A stretch of DNA of 59,697 nt, from NCBI RefSeq assembly GCF_001194135.2, contig NC_069002.1, positions 34,962,907 to 35,022,603 on the forward strand, in the 5' to 3' direction. A model generated the notes under the pieces. The model did no database searches. It was not told the origin of the DNA and saw only the letters and a program-made list of their open reading frames with translations. Source of the stretch: Octopus bimaculoides (taxonomy: Eukaryota). Below are positions 13,204 to 26,852 of this stretch, one piece after another. The first letter of the stretch is position 1; each line of letters starts with the position of its first letter. The translations under genes and the position numbers were made by a program.

Positions 13204-16079
13204 AACAAAAGCACACACAAATGTACACATGCACACGTATGTATTGTTATTCTAGTTACAAACGCATGCCCTCTGCTCTTTTTCTTTAACCTGATGTCAA
13301 ACCTTAAACAGATGACCTTCATCAATTGTGTGTATATCTTGAGTTAATATAACGTCCCATAATGTATTTTGCGTCAGCTAGATAAGATTCGGCTATTATT
13401 CTCGCCATCAATGCCGTCTTATATTCAACTCGTAATGGAATCATCGGTGTGTGTTTAATGGGCTTCATACCTGGAAAAGCCCCTGATTCTAGATTTGATC
13501 ATTTCTTCTAGAACAAGAGAGAAATGGAAAGAAGAATCAATCTTTATACTCCACCGGTACTTTATTTATCGATCCACAATTAATGAAAAACAGATGACGG
13601 AATTTGAAAGCAGACCCTGATAAATCAAAGCCTGAGAATTACTTTATACCATATCATACGACTTCAACGCAATACCATCTTTCTTTGTAAGACACTTTGG
13701 TTCATCTTGAGACGTTCGTACTTGATATATGTGAGAAGAACAGCTGTCGTTGCATCTAATGACGCATTATTTTCTAAAGAAATAACACGTTTGATAACGT
13801 TTTTCCAAATGGTGTGTTCTTCTGATTGCTATTGTCTGTTTATAGATCTACTCTTTTTTTATGAGAGTAAGAGTTAAGTCGTGCTAAATAATCGTCGATG
13901 CTTTGAAGAAATGTCTTCAAGTTTATGTAGCATCAGCTTAATTTTCCGAATTTTTTAATACGGTTATGCTGACAGTAGAATACTTTACTTCTTAAAGTGA
14001 CACCAGTCCATTGCCAGTTAAAACCCAATTGCCAGTGGTATTCACTGTATGTAATAGAGCAGCATGGAATAAAATGATTGCTGAGGGATACAGTGATATG
14101 CATAATCCAAGGATTAGTTTTGGTAATTCTATATTAATTGAAAATTTAAATAAATACAATTGACTTTCAGATACTTACAACAGAGTTGCAAAGTTGTGAA
14201 AACCAACAACTTGAAAATTTTATTATGAAGATATTGAATTCTTCTTGCGATTCTATGGTATTTATTTTCCTGCCATATATAGAATTTACATTTCAAAATA
14301 GCATTTATAGCTCAAACATTGCCACAGACACATTTTATAGGTATCGGGTTTCTTGTGCTGCCTCTTGTCACTCCTCTTACGGAACACTCTAATCTGAATT
14401 GAATGATGGACATCTTTCATGGCGAGAAATATTAAACTGGCCACCATTACCAAAGTAATCTACTATAAGATAACATGGAATGTATTTGTCTGATGCACTA
14501 AATATCAACCATTTTTCGCCAATTTGCAATTCACTGGAGATCTCTTTGCGTAGCAGTGTTATTTTTGCTTTCAATCCAATTTGTCAATGAGTGAACTCGC
14601 TGAAGAAATCATGTCTTACGTATCTCCTATTATCATATTTGTAATTCGCAAAATTCTCATTTCTCTCTCACAAGAAAACTTTCTGAGATTATTCGAGAAA
14701 CGAAGAGAAGTTCCTTGGTCCTTGCGATTAAGCTGTCCTTTTATTTGATCAGAATCTATCAAATTGATTCATTAGTTTCTTTCAAGTTATCATTTAATCC
14801 TTTCTCCTATATTGAAACGGTGACAACATTTTCAAAGTATATAATTCTTAAAATTATAAGCTATCATATTGTCTATTACATCCTATCTCCACTCAGTTAT
14901 ATTATTGCTTTACTATTTTATCCACGACCACTGCGACCACTCTCTCTTCCTCTTATTTCTCTCTTTCTCTTTCCCTATCTATCTATTTCTTTCTCCATAC
15001 GATTTAGCCATTTTCAGTTAAAACTGATATCTTCCTCACTTCAACGTTGCATGATTTAATTTAATCTAGAATTTTCTCTTACAGTTTTAGCTATACTTGT
15101 GTATCTGCATGATGGCCAGCTGTCATATTTTAAGCTTCGATAAGAGCAAACTTTGAACAACACGCCATACGGCTTCGCGGAAATTATCGACGCTGGAACT
15201 TAAGTTGCGATTGAAGTGAGATATGTTTGCTTAACAGGAATTCAAATATTAAACAGTTTACTACTAAGAAAATTCTCTTAATTCACCTACTGAAAATTTA
15301 AAATCCTATAACTTTACTGTCTATTGATTTATTTTCTAGCTTTTATATGTAGTCAGATTCATTCCTTTCAAAAGCCACTCGTTTTCATCTGATTTTTACC
15401 TTATCGTAAGGTGTCATGTGACAAGCTTCTACGTCTCCTATTGGTGATAACTAACTTATTTGAAGAGTTTCTCCACCGCGACAATGTGATTCATATATTC
15501 TTAACTACCTCACTTGGTAGATTGGCGTGATAGTCTCAGTCCATTCCTCTCTTTATCGATTTGGTTTCTTAGTTATTAGAACATCGGGTGAGGTTTTAAC
15601 AAACAGTAAAGATGAAGCAGAGAATATATATATCTATATATATATATANNNNNNNNNNNNNNNNNNNNNNNNNNNNNNNNNNNNNNNNNNNNNNNNNNNN
15701 NNNNNNNNNNNNNNNNNNNNNNNNNNNNNNNNNNNNNNNNNNNNNNNNNNNNNNNNNNNNNNNNNNNNNNNNNNNNNNNNNNNNNNNNNNNNNNNNNNNN
15801 NNNNNNNNNNNNNNNNNNNNNNNNNNNNNNNNNNNNNNNNNNNNNNNNNNNNNNNNNNNNNNNNNNNNNNNNNNNNNNNNNNNNNNNNNNNNNNNNNNNN
15901 NNNNNNNNNNNNNNNNNNNNNNNNNNNNNNNNNNNNNNNNNNNNNNNNNNNNNNNNNNNNNNNNNNNNNNNAACCTTCTCATCAGGGAAAGCATGGGAAT
16001 CATCTTAAACGTAAGACATTATGAAACATATGTACGAATAAAGTATGCAATTATAACATGCGTTTTCTCCATTCCTTAA

Positions 16080-16119
<40 letters not shown>

Positions 16120-16949
16120 TTAGAAATTTTGCACATGCACACAAGCACGCGTGCAGACGCGTGCACGTACACACGTTCATATATGTATGTGTGTGTATGG
16201 TATAAAAGGGATAAGTTATCGTGGTGGTTACCATATCCCGATTTATTTTAGATGCTTGGCTATGCACAACGGCCCTTATATAAGTACTCAAGCTTAAAAG
16301 GAGATATTAGATATAAATAACTGCACCTGTGTTCCTATTAAGGACTACAAATAATTTGTAGAGTATTTAATAATATTGATAACGAAGAGGAGAGTGGAGA
16401 TATTATTCGCATCCAAACATTTCTTTAAAGTTTTTGTACAGCATATACATCTGACCTACATATGTTTCGACTGTGGTAACTGCACATTGGTTTGTATGCA
16501 ATTATGCATTCTGGTCGTTACAATTTCATTAAGAAATTTTGGGATGTACATAGTATTTCCACTCCTATTTGTTGCAAGCGTTACAATTAGATCCCCTTCT
16601 TAGAACTTCTTACCTTCCATGAGTCAGACATAACAATGGCCTCCGCCCTAAGTCATTTCACTAAGCCATAACAGAAAACTGAACACTTGTTCACTATACA
16701 CTAAAATGTACAGCCGCTTGATAGAATGGAATAACACTAGGCTATTCTTACAAAATATTGAAACGAAACGAAATTTTGATTAATTACACAGTACTTCTTA
16801 TATTCTGACTACGTGGTGTAATTATAGGTGTTAATTTGGAGACAGTAATGTTACTTTTCACATTTCTGGCACAATGAAATATCTATGCTGGTGTCTAGCA
16901 CATTAGTGTAATTAAAAATCATTCTCACCCGATAACATAACCAGCCAAC

Positions 16950-17280
16950 ATACACGTTGAAGTACAATCAAGTGCTTATGGAGATCGTACACGTTGTTAT
17001 TGCGGCAAGTGTTAAACCAGAAACCCCCATAACATTCTACATGGCAGGAGGCAGCAGCGCATAGCCAGAAACAGCTATGCTATATTGGGCAAGGGAAAGG
17101 TATTTTTTTCGGGGTGGTGCGGACAGGGAATGCTCAACAGACCTCGAAGTATTAGCAAAACAACCAGAAATAATGAGAAAGAGTGGCTGAAGACCAGATA
17201 TTGTACGCTGTTGCAGTTCTACAAAGCAACCGTTATTCATTGAACTCACTGTGCGGTATGAAAGTAAAATAGAGGCACGC
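16950..17280 (+). mobile_element. Decayed HERO-like (restriction-like endonuclease) non-LTR retrotransposon fragment
   Basis: YTLKYNQVLMEIVH (cf. RYTWRHNQVL) and ECSTDLEVLAKQPEIMRKSG*RPDIVRCCSSTKQPLFIELTVRYESKIEAR, matching the RLE motif RPDIV...IELTVP(W/Y)E. Confidence 0.75.
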
Positions 17281-17299
17281 GTGTTATTATTACTATTAA

Positions 17300-17441
17300 G
17301 GCAATGAGCTGGCAGAATCGCTAGCACGCCGGGAGAAATGCCTAGCGGTGTTTCGTCTGTTGCTACATTCTGAATTCAAATTGTGCCGAGGTCGACTTTG
17401 CCTCTCATTTCGGGGTCGATAAATTAAGTACCAGTGAAACA
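17300..17441 (+). mobile_element. SINE family A copy
   Basis: gagctggcagaatcgctagcacgccggg...ttctgaattcaaattgtgccgaggtcgactttgcc...cggggtcgataaattaagtaccagt. Confidence 0.88.
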
Positions 17442-18860
17442 CCCATCATATCCTTACTGAAGAATCTTACAGTTTGTATAAAACAATCTCTTTTCTATCC
17501 TCAGTAAAATGCTTCAGATCCTCTGTTTATAGCAAATACTTAAGTCTTCCTTACTATTTATCCCTACACGTTTCAATGTCTCCTATTCTATTTAATCAAA
17601 TACTGAATTTGTATTAATTCACCGAGTTAGTAGATATTTTTTGGCGGACCGAATGCTTCTATAGAAAGTCCCTCATTCATTCAGATTTCCTTGGTTAAAT
17701 GTTTAGGATTGACATGCAATTTTCAAATGGAATTTTTCCTCTCCATTTCAAGGTGTACACCGATAAAGTGCACAAGTCTTTTGAAACCTGGAAATATGAT
17801 TATATCTATTAGAAATCTTCCTTTTCATGAAAGATATTGGAAGGTAAATAATTTTAATATTTCCATCTTCCATTCTTCTACAATATCTTGTAATCCCCAT
17901 TAATCCAGTCTCTCGACGAAGCTTTATAGTTGCGTCTNNNNNNNNNNNNNNNNNNNNNNNNNNNNNNNNNNNNNNNNNNNNNNNNNNNNNNNNNNNNNNN
18001 NNNNNNNNNNNNNNNNNNNNNNNNNNNNNNNNNNNNNNNNNNNNNNNNNNNNNNNNNNNNNNNNNNNNNNNNNNNNNNNNNNNNNNNNNNNNNNNNNNNN
18101 NNNNNNNNNNNNNNNNNNNNNNNNNATATACACATATATATACATATATATATTGATATATATAAACGTTTACACATACGTATATGACTGCGTGTGTATG
18201 TGTGTCTGTAATGTTTGTACGTATGTTTGCTTATCGATATATTAAAACCTTGTGGCTATTTCCTCTAATGATATTTACACAGCTCCTATGGGGATATCCG
18301 TTACTTCAATATACGCTGCCGTAATTTCCTATTGCAATTCTAACATCCGAAATATTTCAAGCAATAATGGATGTCTTGTGGGCAAATTTCTAAGTAGAAT
18401 GGCTTTATGCAAGACGTTTGCGATGACCTAATAGATAAACAGACAGTGTGAGCGCTCTACTGTGTCTCTCTCTCTTCCAATGCCAACCATTCCTGAATGG
18501 AAGTCACGGACTTCCTGAAAACTAAACAATAATTCGGATCTTCCCAATTACTTATATTAACGAAACATATTTAATTGTCCGTGGAATTTAATATTTCATT
18601 TATTATTATTTTATTAATCTTCTATGTTTCAATTATTCACATGAAGATTTCACACAGAGAATTAGAGCACAATTGTGTTAATACATACATAGAAGCTGTG
18701 AGACAGTCCTGCACACTTTCATAAGCAAACACACAAACATATATATTCATGCGCACATCCTCTTACGCACATTCTCAAAGGAGACGTCATAAAATGTAGA
18801 AGTGATTCTGTTCACAAAAGAAAAAAAAAGACATTCAATTATTCAGTCATTTCTACTGAC

Positions 18861-19180
18861 ACTCCGTCGTTTACGACGGCGAGGGTTCCAGTTAATCCGA
18901 TCAACGGAACAGTTTCCTCGTGAAATTAACATGTCACTGGCTAAGCTCTCCATAGTCACGAGTCCCCTTAATGTAGTTCTCAGAGATTTTCAGTGTGACA
19001 CAGAATGTGAAAAGGCGGGTCATTTGCAGTACAGATACAATGCATCTTCGCCAGCTGAGTAGACTGAAGCAACGTGAAATATAGTGTCCTGCTCTAGGAA
19101 ACAGCACGTCACTGGGAGTTAAACTGCAGACCTTACTACCGTGAGCCGAAAAGCCTAACCGCTAAGCCACGCGTCTTCAC
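18861..19180 (-). mobile_element. SINE family C copy
   Basis: Minus-strand head gtgaagacgcgtggcttagcggttagg (A-box TGGCTTAGCGG). Core cagctgagtagactgaagcaacgtgaaatatagtgtcctgctc is shared with 3834-4118 and 12485-12796. Confidence 0.82.
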
Positions 19181-19739
19181 ATTCAGCCATTTAACTATCG
19201 TTATTTTATAGTTTTTTCTTTCTTTCTATTGGTTTCAACCGGAAGGAAACGGCTGTGCATCTTGAACTTGTAGGCTGTCCGATATTGATGATGTTCACGT
19301 TCGTAACTTACCTCTTCAAACATTGAAATGCAATAGCTGTAAGTAACATACTTTCAAGAGGGAATACCAGAAATAAGTTATAGGCATTGAAGAAGGTTAA
19401 GGGGTAATTTAGTATAGGAAATTTAGATAATGTGAAAGACAAGACATCACAAGAAATACCAGTTTACTGGACCCTGTTACTATATGAACCTAGTTATATG
19501 AGCTGTTTCTATTATATGAGGTAGCTGTTTCTCCTTTTTTTTCTTTATTAAAGATGCTATTGCACTCACATTGCATCCATCCATTTGCATATTAACACAT
19601 TGAAACATGCATCCTTACAGTTATATGAATACACATACATATATACCGACATGCATTCTTCAAAGAGAAGTGCAAAAGCACGTTTTTTTCACAGATGAAC
19701 AGTTATACCTTTCAAAACACGAGTGTAGTAGCACACATG

Positions 19740-20220
19740 CTGCTACATACAAGGCTAACACTTGCCTTAACATACAAAATAAATAGTCACACACATTTTC
19801 AATTTACTAAGCACAAAAACATGTACACAGTGACACTTACTCAAAATGTATGCACACCAACAATCTAAAGAAAGTTGAGCACCTACATGTACATGAACCT
19901 GAAAAGATGTGTGCTAACCAGAAAAGAACGCACCAATATATTTCGCTACTTGAAATGTACAAGCTTGAAAGCAGTACATACACAGCTAACATACGTACAG
20001 AAATAAGCTGTCGTAGTTGCGAAACACATATCGAAACACACAGACAAATTCACTTCTTACATTCAGTCGCATATAAAACATGCATGCACATTAAATACCA
20101 TTAAAAGAAAACTGAAGCACATTTTGTAACAAAAAAAAAAAAGAACTCAAACACGTAACCGTTACTCTGCAACACACTCACTGATGACGAAAATATATGC
20201 ATAGCCAAAAACACAGCCAC
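19740..20220 (+). mobile_element. Possible decayed Penelope-like element 3' end (GIY-YIG remnant plus CTGATGA)
   Basis: YIQG (19744-19755), TNNLKK, MYKLESSTYTANIRTEISCRSCETHIETHR (cf. VYKIEC..C...YIGET.RSL.TRI.EH), then ctgatga at 20181. All motifs are degenerate. Confidence 0.35.
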
Positions 20221-20965
20221 CAATGTCTATCCTAGCTAATTTTAAACTGCTGAAAGTCACCTTGGCTTACTTCCAAAGCTACTAACAGTGATGGCAACAC
20301 GCGACCGCTCCGTCCGATGTTTATGTTACATCTTTCTATTATTTACCTCTTCGTAATATTGTTTATTCTTATCGTACGACGAAATACGTCACTCCAAATC
20401 GTTAAAGAGATTTAAATTCTNNNNNNNNNNNNNNNNNNNNNNNNNNNNNNNNNNNNNNNNNNNNNNNNNNNNNNNNNNNNNNNNNNNNNNNNNNNNNNNN
20501 NNNNNNNNNNNNNNNNNNNNNNNNNNNNNNNNNNNNNNNNNNNNNNNNNNNNNNNNNNNNNNNNNNNNNNNNNNNNNNNNNNNNNNNNNNNNNNNNNNNN
20601 NNNNNNNNNNNNNNNNNNNNNNNNNNNNNNNNNNNNNNNNNNNNNNNNNNNNNNNNNNNNNNNNACTTACATATAAGGGACCAAAGTGTACGTACGCCGC
20701 TATATTTTATATATACCTATGAATATGTATATGTAAGTATTTGTCTGAGTGTCTACGTGGATTTATATATGTACACATATATTTGTGTACATATATACTC
20801 CTGACAAACGGACATGCATGCAAAATGACCTAAGTGCACTTGAAGGGTTCATGTAATCCTTCCTGCCATGAGGTGCCCCACTGAAATAAATTCAAATTGA
20901 TCTTCAAAAAATTGCACGAGTCAGAACTACACCCAGTCTTCTAACCCCATTATACTGATTTCAGA

Positions 20966-21157
20966 TTTTGGCACAAGGTCAGAAATTTCGTGGCAGGTCT
21001 CAGTCGATTACATCGCAACCACGGATACTTATTTTATCGACCCCGAAAGAATGAAAGAATAAATCGACACCCGCGGAATTTGAACTCAGAACGTAAAAGG
21101 GATGTAATGCCGCTAAATAGTTTACCCCGCGTGGTAACGAACGTGCTAGCTCGTTGC
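20966..21157 (-). mobile_element. SINE family A copy
   Basis: cagtcgattacatcg...tacttattttatcgaccccgaaagaatgaaag...gcggaatttgaactcagaacgtaaa. Confidence 0.82.
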
Positions 21158-21778
21158 TTTTCTTATCCATTAAATGTTTGATTACACATATGCAATTGAG
21201 TAGAACATATGTATACACCTACTTAATCACATGGATACTGTACATCAGGTTCGAAACTTTTCGTGTTGGCTACAAATATTAAAGCAGAAACACTTGTCCA
21301 AAGATGTCATCCTACCTCCAGACAATAAACATGTGCTTTTCCTTCATTGGCGGGTCAGTTTTGGAGGAATTGTCGATGCTTGAGCTCATCTCCACTTTTG
21401 AAGCGGAGACAATCTTAATTGCTATTTGGTAATTAAGACGAAAATTCAAGCGATGGAGATAATTTAGATAAATCGAGAATTCAAGTTCTATGGTACTTGA
21501 TAGTCTAGCGCTTGTCTATTCTGTTAAAATAAATCCGAATGATCGTGCTAAGAAATTTCTTAAGTCATTCATCTGTGTGCATACAGACATCCATCCATGC
21601 ATACATACATGTATTCATATACGCACACACACACACACAAATGCACACACACAAACATATGCATATATAGATAGAGATATATGATAGACACATACATACA
21701 TACATACATGCATACATACATGTGTGTGTTTGTGTGTATATGAGGATGGCGAGAACGGTAGATAGATAAAAACATGCT

Positions 21779-21810
<32 letters not shown>

Positions 21811-22148
21811 ATNNNNNNNNNNNNNNNNNNNNNNNNNNNNNNNNNNNNNNNNNNNNNNNNNNNNNNNNNNNNNNNNNNNNNNNNNNNNNNNNNNNNNNNN
21901 NNNNNNNNNNNNNNNNNNNNNNNNNNNNNNNNNNNNNNNNNNNNNNNNNNNNNNNNNNNNNNNNNNNNNNNNNNNNNNNNNNNNNNNNNNNNNNNNNNNN
22001 NNNNNNNNNNNNNNNNNNNNNNNNNNNNNNNNNNNNNNNNNNNNNNNNNNNNNNNNNNNNNNNNNNNNNNNNNNNNNNNNNNNNNNNNNNNNNNNNNNNN
22101 NNNNNNNNNNNNNNNNNNNNNNNNNNNNNNNNNNNNNNNNNNNNNNNN

Positions 22149-22230
22149 AATAAAACCTGGGGTCGATTTTCTCGAATAAAGGCGGTGCTCCAGCATGGCC
22201 GCAGTCAAATGACTGAAACAAGAAAGATTT
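22149..22230 (+). mobile_element. SINE 3' tail emerging from an assembly gap
   Basis: cctggggtcgattttctcgaataaaggcggtgctccagcatggccgcagtcaaatgactgaaacaag; the same tail occurs at 56925-57050 and, inverted, at 4165-4195. Confidence 0.75.
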
Positions 22231-25200
22231 TTTTAAAAAAGAGTAAAAAAGATTTGTGAACTTTATTCTTCTGCCTATATTCTTCTAACTACTTTTACTC
22301 GTTATTCTTCTATTCTATTCCTTTATCTGGTAAACTGTTTTGAAACAATATACAGAGTAGCAGGCTCTACAACGTTACACTAAATCCTGCCGATCTCATC
22401 TTTGAATTTCATGTCTATGGTAGTTGAAGAAATTTCTAAAGCATATTCTACCGATTTCTTCTGTTTTAATCACACATCTGTTTCTCTCATTCGATTGTTA
22501 CCTAATGTTTTAGCATGGGATGAGCTCCACGAATCCTATGATCACCTGTGTCACGACTCTTACATTTTGGTGCCTTGAAAACATCAACAATTTGTTGGTT
22601 GCCCCACTCAAAACACTAACATACTCAGGAATGATTGTGATACACGATGACATAAAGAGACACACATTCATTATTCATTTCATGTGAAATATAGCGATTG
22701 AAATGCATATTATTTAAAACGTGAAGGTCCAAACATTTTGCTATCGTTGATTGAGAACAGACAGGGTATTAAAAGATGCGTTTCCTTGCTAGGAATACGC
22801 GCTTCAAACAAACCTCTCAGCTGTCTATCTACCTTACATTTTGAGCCTTGAACTATAATATGAATCTTCAGAAAATTGCCCCTTTAAATCCTCAAATAAA
22901 ATTTAGGATTAATGAAGGGACAGAGTTGGGAAGACAAATATGACAGTGGAGACATACAAGGAAACCCGAAGGAAAACAAACATGGAACGTCATTAGTGTA
23001 GAACTAGAGGAAACTTGTGAACGCCTTGAGAAACATGTTTTGAAAAGAGAACATATAGAAGAGTGAGTGAGAGACAGAAAAAACACCTTCACTCTTTTTT
23101 CATGTCCGTTCAGGAAAAGAAAGATAGTCACATGAGGAAAAGCAAGATGGACGGTTACGTATGTATGTGTGTATATATGTGTGAGTATATATATATATAT
23201 ATATATATACATACATANNNNNNNNNNNNNNNNNNNNNNNNNNNNNNNNNNNNNNNNNNNNNNNNNNNNNNNNNNNNNNNNNNNNNNNNNNNNNNNNNNN
23301 NNNNNNNNNNNNNNNNNNNNNNNNNNNNNNNNNNNNNNNNNNNNNNNNNNNNNNNNNNNNNNNNNNNNNNNNNNNNNNNNNNNNNNNNNNNNNNNNNNNN
23401 NNNNNNNNNNNNNNNNNNNNNNNNNNNNNNNNNNNNNNNNNNNNNNNNNNNNNNNNNNNNNNNNNNNNNNNNNNNNNNNNNNNNNNNNNNNNNNNNNNNN
23501 NNNNNNNNNNNNNNNNNNNNNNNNNNNNNNNNNNNNNNNNNNNNNNNNNNNNNNNNNNNNNNNNNNNNNNNNNNNNNNNNNNNNNNNNNNNNNNNNNNNN
23601 NNNNNNNNNNNNNNNNNNNNNNNNNNNNNNNNNNNNNNNNNNNNNNNNNNNNNTATATATATATCCGTATTCATTGTTAAACGTTTGGAAAAATCTTAGC
23701 TTCCCCATTAATAAGACTCTCCGTATTCTTTCATCATCAACAACTGAAGATTCACGGGATCAAGCATTTGCTATAGCAGTGGTAAAATTTAATGCTGACA
23801 TTTCTAGTTCTTAAAATAAATTATCCTCAGGCAGCTATTGTCAGATTATATTAAACTCTTTCTATGTAAATATTAGGAGAAGCAGAAATGGTTTCCGTTA
23901 TATGACTGGTTCAGCTACAGCGGCCAGCCGCCAGAATCCTTAGCCGCCTATGAAAACGTTTAATGATTTTTTTGTCAGTTTTATGTAGTGGGGCCAAATG
24001 TCGCTGATATCCGTTTTGCCTTTCACCCTTTCGTGAAATAATTACCGGTGGAGCACGCTGGGAGATGTAATTGCACGCCTTGTTCTATTGTAGAAAGTAT
24101 CATTCTACTGGTACGCATTAACCCTTTCATTTGATAAGATTTTCGATCTCATTCAATTCCACAAATATTAGAACCGAAGAAGGGTGAAACTGAATGGGAT
24201 ACTGAACGTTTCTGCGAAATACATTTCTAAATGACATGTTACTAGAAATTACATTCCGTATTAATTATGACTATAATTCTCAGCAATTAATTGCACATAT
24301 AGATAAGTGTATTAATTATAGCTAATCATCGTAAGTAACTGTCAGAATTTGGTCAGTCCGATATACCACCTCACGTTACGTAACGCACGTTTCTGCCTCA
24401 ACAAGATAACTCACCATAATAGTTGTCGTTTATAAGATACTGGACAATAATTAACTATTATATGGTCAACATCGTCATAATGACAGCCTTGCATGTCATC
24501 ATTATAGTCACCATCTTCATCCTCATTATCATCATCTCTTCGATGCCATCGTATTGATCTTCATCAGTAGACTTGAATCAACACAAACACCAGAAACACC
24601 AAAACTACAAGAACAAAGATAGCCAGCCAGAAACATGTTTTAGCGTCGTAACCATTTAAAAGCTGAATTAGCAAAGATTGATGTTGGGCCTTTCGTTCAT
24701 ATAGAACATCGCTGATGTTCTGTATTAGAATAGGTATTTTGTATACACCTCACGTTTGTTCTTATCACATCTTGTAATTTGTGTAAGATATCGACAGCAT
24801 ACACACACACACCGCAAAACGGTGGCTTAGTTTTCAATCCTATCCACTGAAACTGTTGGCCTGACAGCCAAGTCAAGATGAAATATAGAAGAATACCAAC
24901 ACGAATTCATCTCGAAGGATGGAGCGAAAGAAAAACAAAGCCAGGATGTTCAGAATTTTCACTTGTAGTACAAACATGTACACGTGGCTGCGCGTAAATC
25001 TGGAATGCATGCTGAATACACTGGACAACAATATACGCAGACATTAAAATCTACGAGAATTTTTTTTCTTAGCCTCTCCCAATCATTTATTTCTATAAAA
25101 AGAAAATAGGAGAAAAAAATAAGAGATTAATTCCAAATATTCAATGATTTTTTTATGGACTACTGTAAAGAAAAGAAAGAAACTTTAATATGTTAAATTC

Positions 25201-25289
25201 ATTTGTGCAGACGTAGCTTAACAGATGGACTGATTTTATGGAGAACTAAGTATATTAGTAGAAGTTGGAAGTATTTATATAACCTCCCA

Positions 25290-26190
25290 GTGAACGAAGA
25301 AAAACAACTCGAAAATAGATAAACTGATCTTGGATGACCGTCGTCAAATATTTTACAAACTTGTTGATATAACTGGTTTGGTTGGTGATGGAAAATGTTG
25401 AGCGATAAATTGAAAAATGAAAAGATATTCAACAAAATCGGTGCCTCACATGCTGACGGACGAGGAAAAGCAGTCACGACTAAATGTTTGTCGTGAACTG
25501 AAAGGACAGTTGGAAGTTGATCCGAATCCTTTTTCGAAGGCCACCACTGGTGACGAAAGCTGGTGCTTTGGCTATGGCCCCGAGACGAAGCAGCAATCAA
25601 GTCAGTGGAAGCATTTAATGTTGAAAGTGAAGTCGAATGTCAGGACGATGCTGATTTCTTTCATAAATGCGAAAGGAATTTTCCACACAGAATTTTCTCC
25701 TCCGTGTCAAACTGTTAACCAGATAATTTACTTGGTAGTCCTAAAGCGTTTGCCAAACGCAGAGGAATGAAAACGCCTCGACTTGTGGCAAAGTGGAGAG
25801 TGATGGTTTTACCATGAAAATACACCTCCACACACCGCCTTGAGTGTTAGACAGCTTCTGACTGTTTTGGTCCCCCTCATTATCCACCCTCCCTAGTCAC
25901 CGGATCTTAGTCCCTACGACTTTTTTGTTCCTCGAATACAAAAAGTCCTTAATGGAAAAGGTTTTGTAGATTTGGAAGAGATGAAGAAAAAAATACGATG
26001 GAGGCGTTCAAAGACATCACTTCGCAAGAGATCTTGGACTACTTCGAACAATGGGAAACGCCTCTGGGCCGAGACAATGCTTTAAATGGAGAATACTTTG
26101 AAGATGGTAAACGTGTAAACGTTTACAACTAAGACAATTACATCAAGTTTCAGAAATCCGGTTTCTTTTGGATTCACCATTGTTTATAAA
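25290..26190 (+). mobile_element. Non-functional mariner (D,D34D-type) transposon copy
   Basis: ORF 25417-25770 has ...SVPHMLT...TTGDESWCFGYGPETKQQSSQWK...VKSNVRTML...QTVNQ..YL.VLKRL. Downstream frames give WFYHENTPPHTALSVRQ, HPP*SPDLSPYDF and GEYFEDG. Contains stops, frameshifts and a D->E change at the second catalytic position; the 5' TIR was not identified. Confidence 0.92.
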
Positions 26191-26647
26191 AATAGGGAGA
26201 TTATGGGATTAGCAACGAAACATGATGTTTTATGTGAAGAAAATCTCAGAATCTTCAAGTGAGCCAATTCAAAATGGAAATGGTTGCAAGCACAGTCAAA
26301 TGGATAGCATGATTTTTGTAGACTCTTACACATGAAACAATTCGTGACGTTCTTACTAGATAATCCATCCATGTTTATCTACTACATGCATTATTGAATA
26401 TTTTACGTGTTCAATATTTCCTCGTATACACGCACTGACACACACACACATGCACAAACTCATACACACACATACGTTATATATCGTTCTGTAAATATAT
26501 AGACATTTACACACGCACACATGCACACACATACTCACACAGACATATATATTATATATCATTCTCTAAATACATAGACATTTACACACATACATGCACA
26601 CGCATGCACACACATACACTCACACACATACACACACATACACACAC

Positions 26648-26700
<53 letters not shown>

Positions 26701-26852
26701 CACGACAGACTTCTTTAAGTTTCCGTCTACCAAATCTACTCTCAATTTTAGTCGGTGGAAGGCTATAGGGGAACGCCCTTTCCCATACAGTGAGACTGAA
26801 TCCACAACCGAGTTGTTGGGAAGCAAACTTTTCACCACACAGCAACGCCTGT
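26701..26852 (-). mobile_element. SINE family B 5' portion
   Basis: Minus-strand head ggcgttgctgtgtggtgaaaagtttgcttcccaac...ggattcagtctcactg; plus-strand tttccgtctaccaaatc shared with 29651-29739. Confidence 0.78.

Noticed and set aside
17450-17937. Possible LINE N-terminal relic on the minus strand
   Set aside because: No motif could be aligned convincingly by eye.
25417-25770. SETMAR-like or domesticated transposase gene
   Set aside because: Truncated, with stops and frameshifts and an altered catalytic residue; no SET domain; an ordinary dead mariner.
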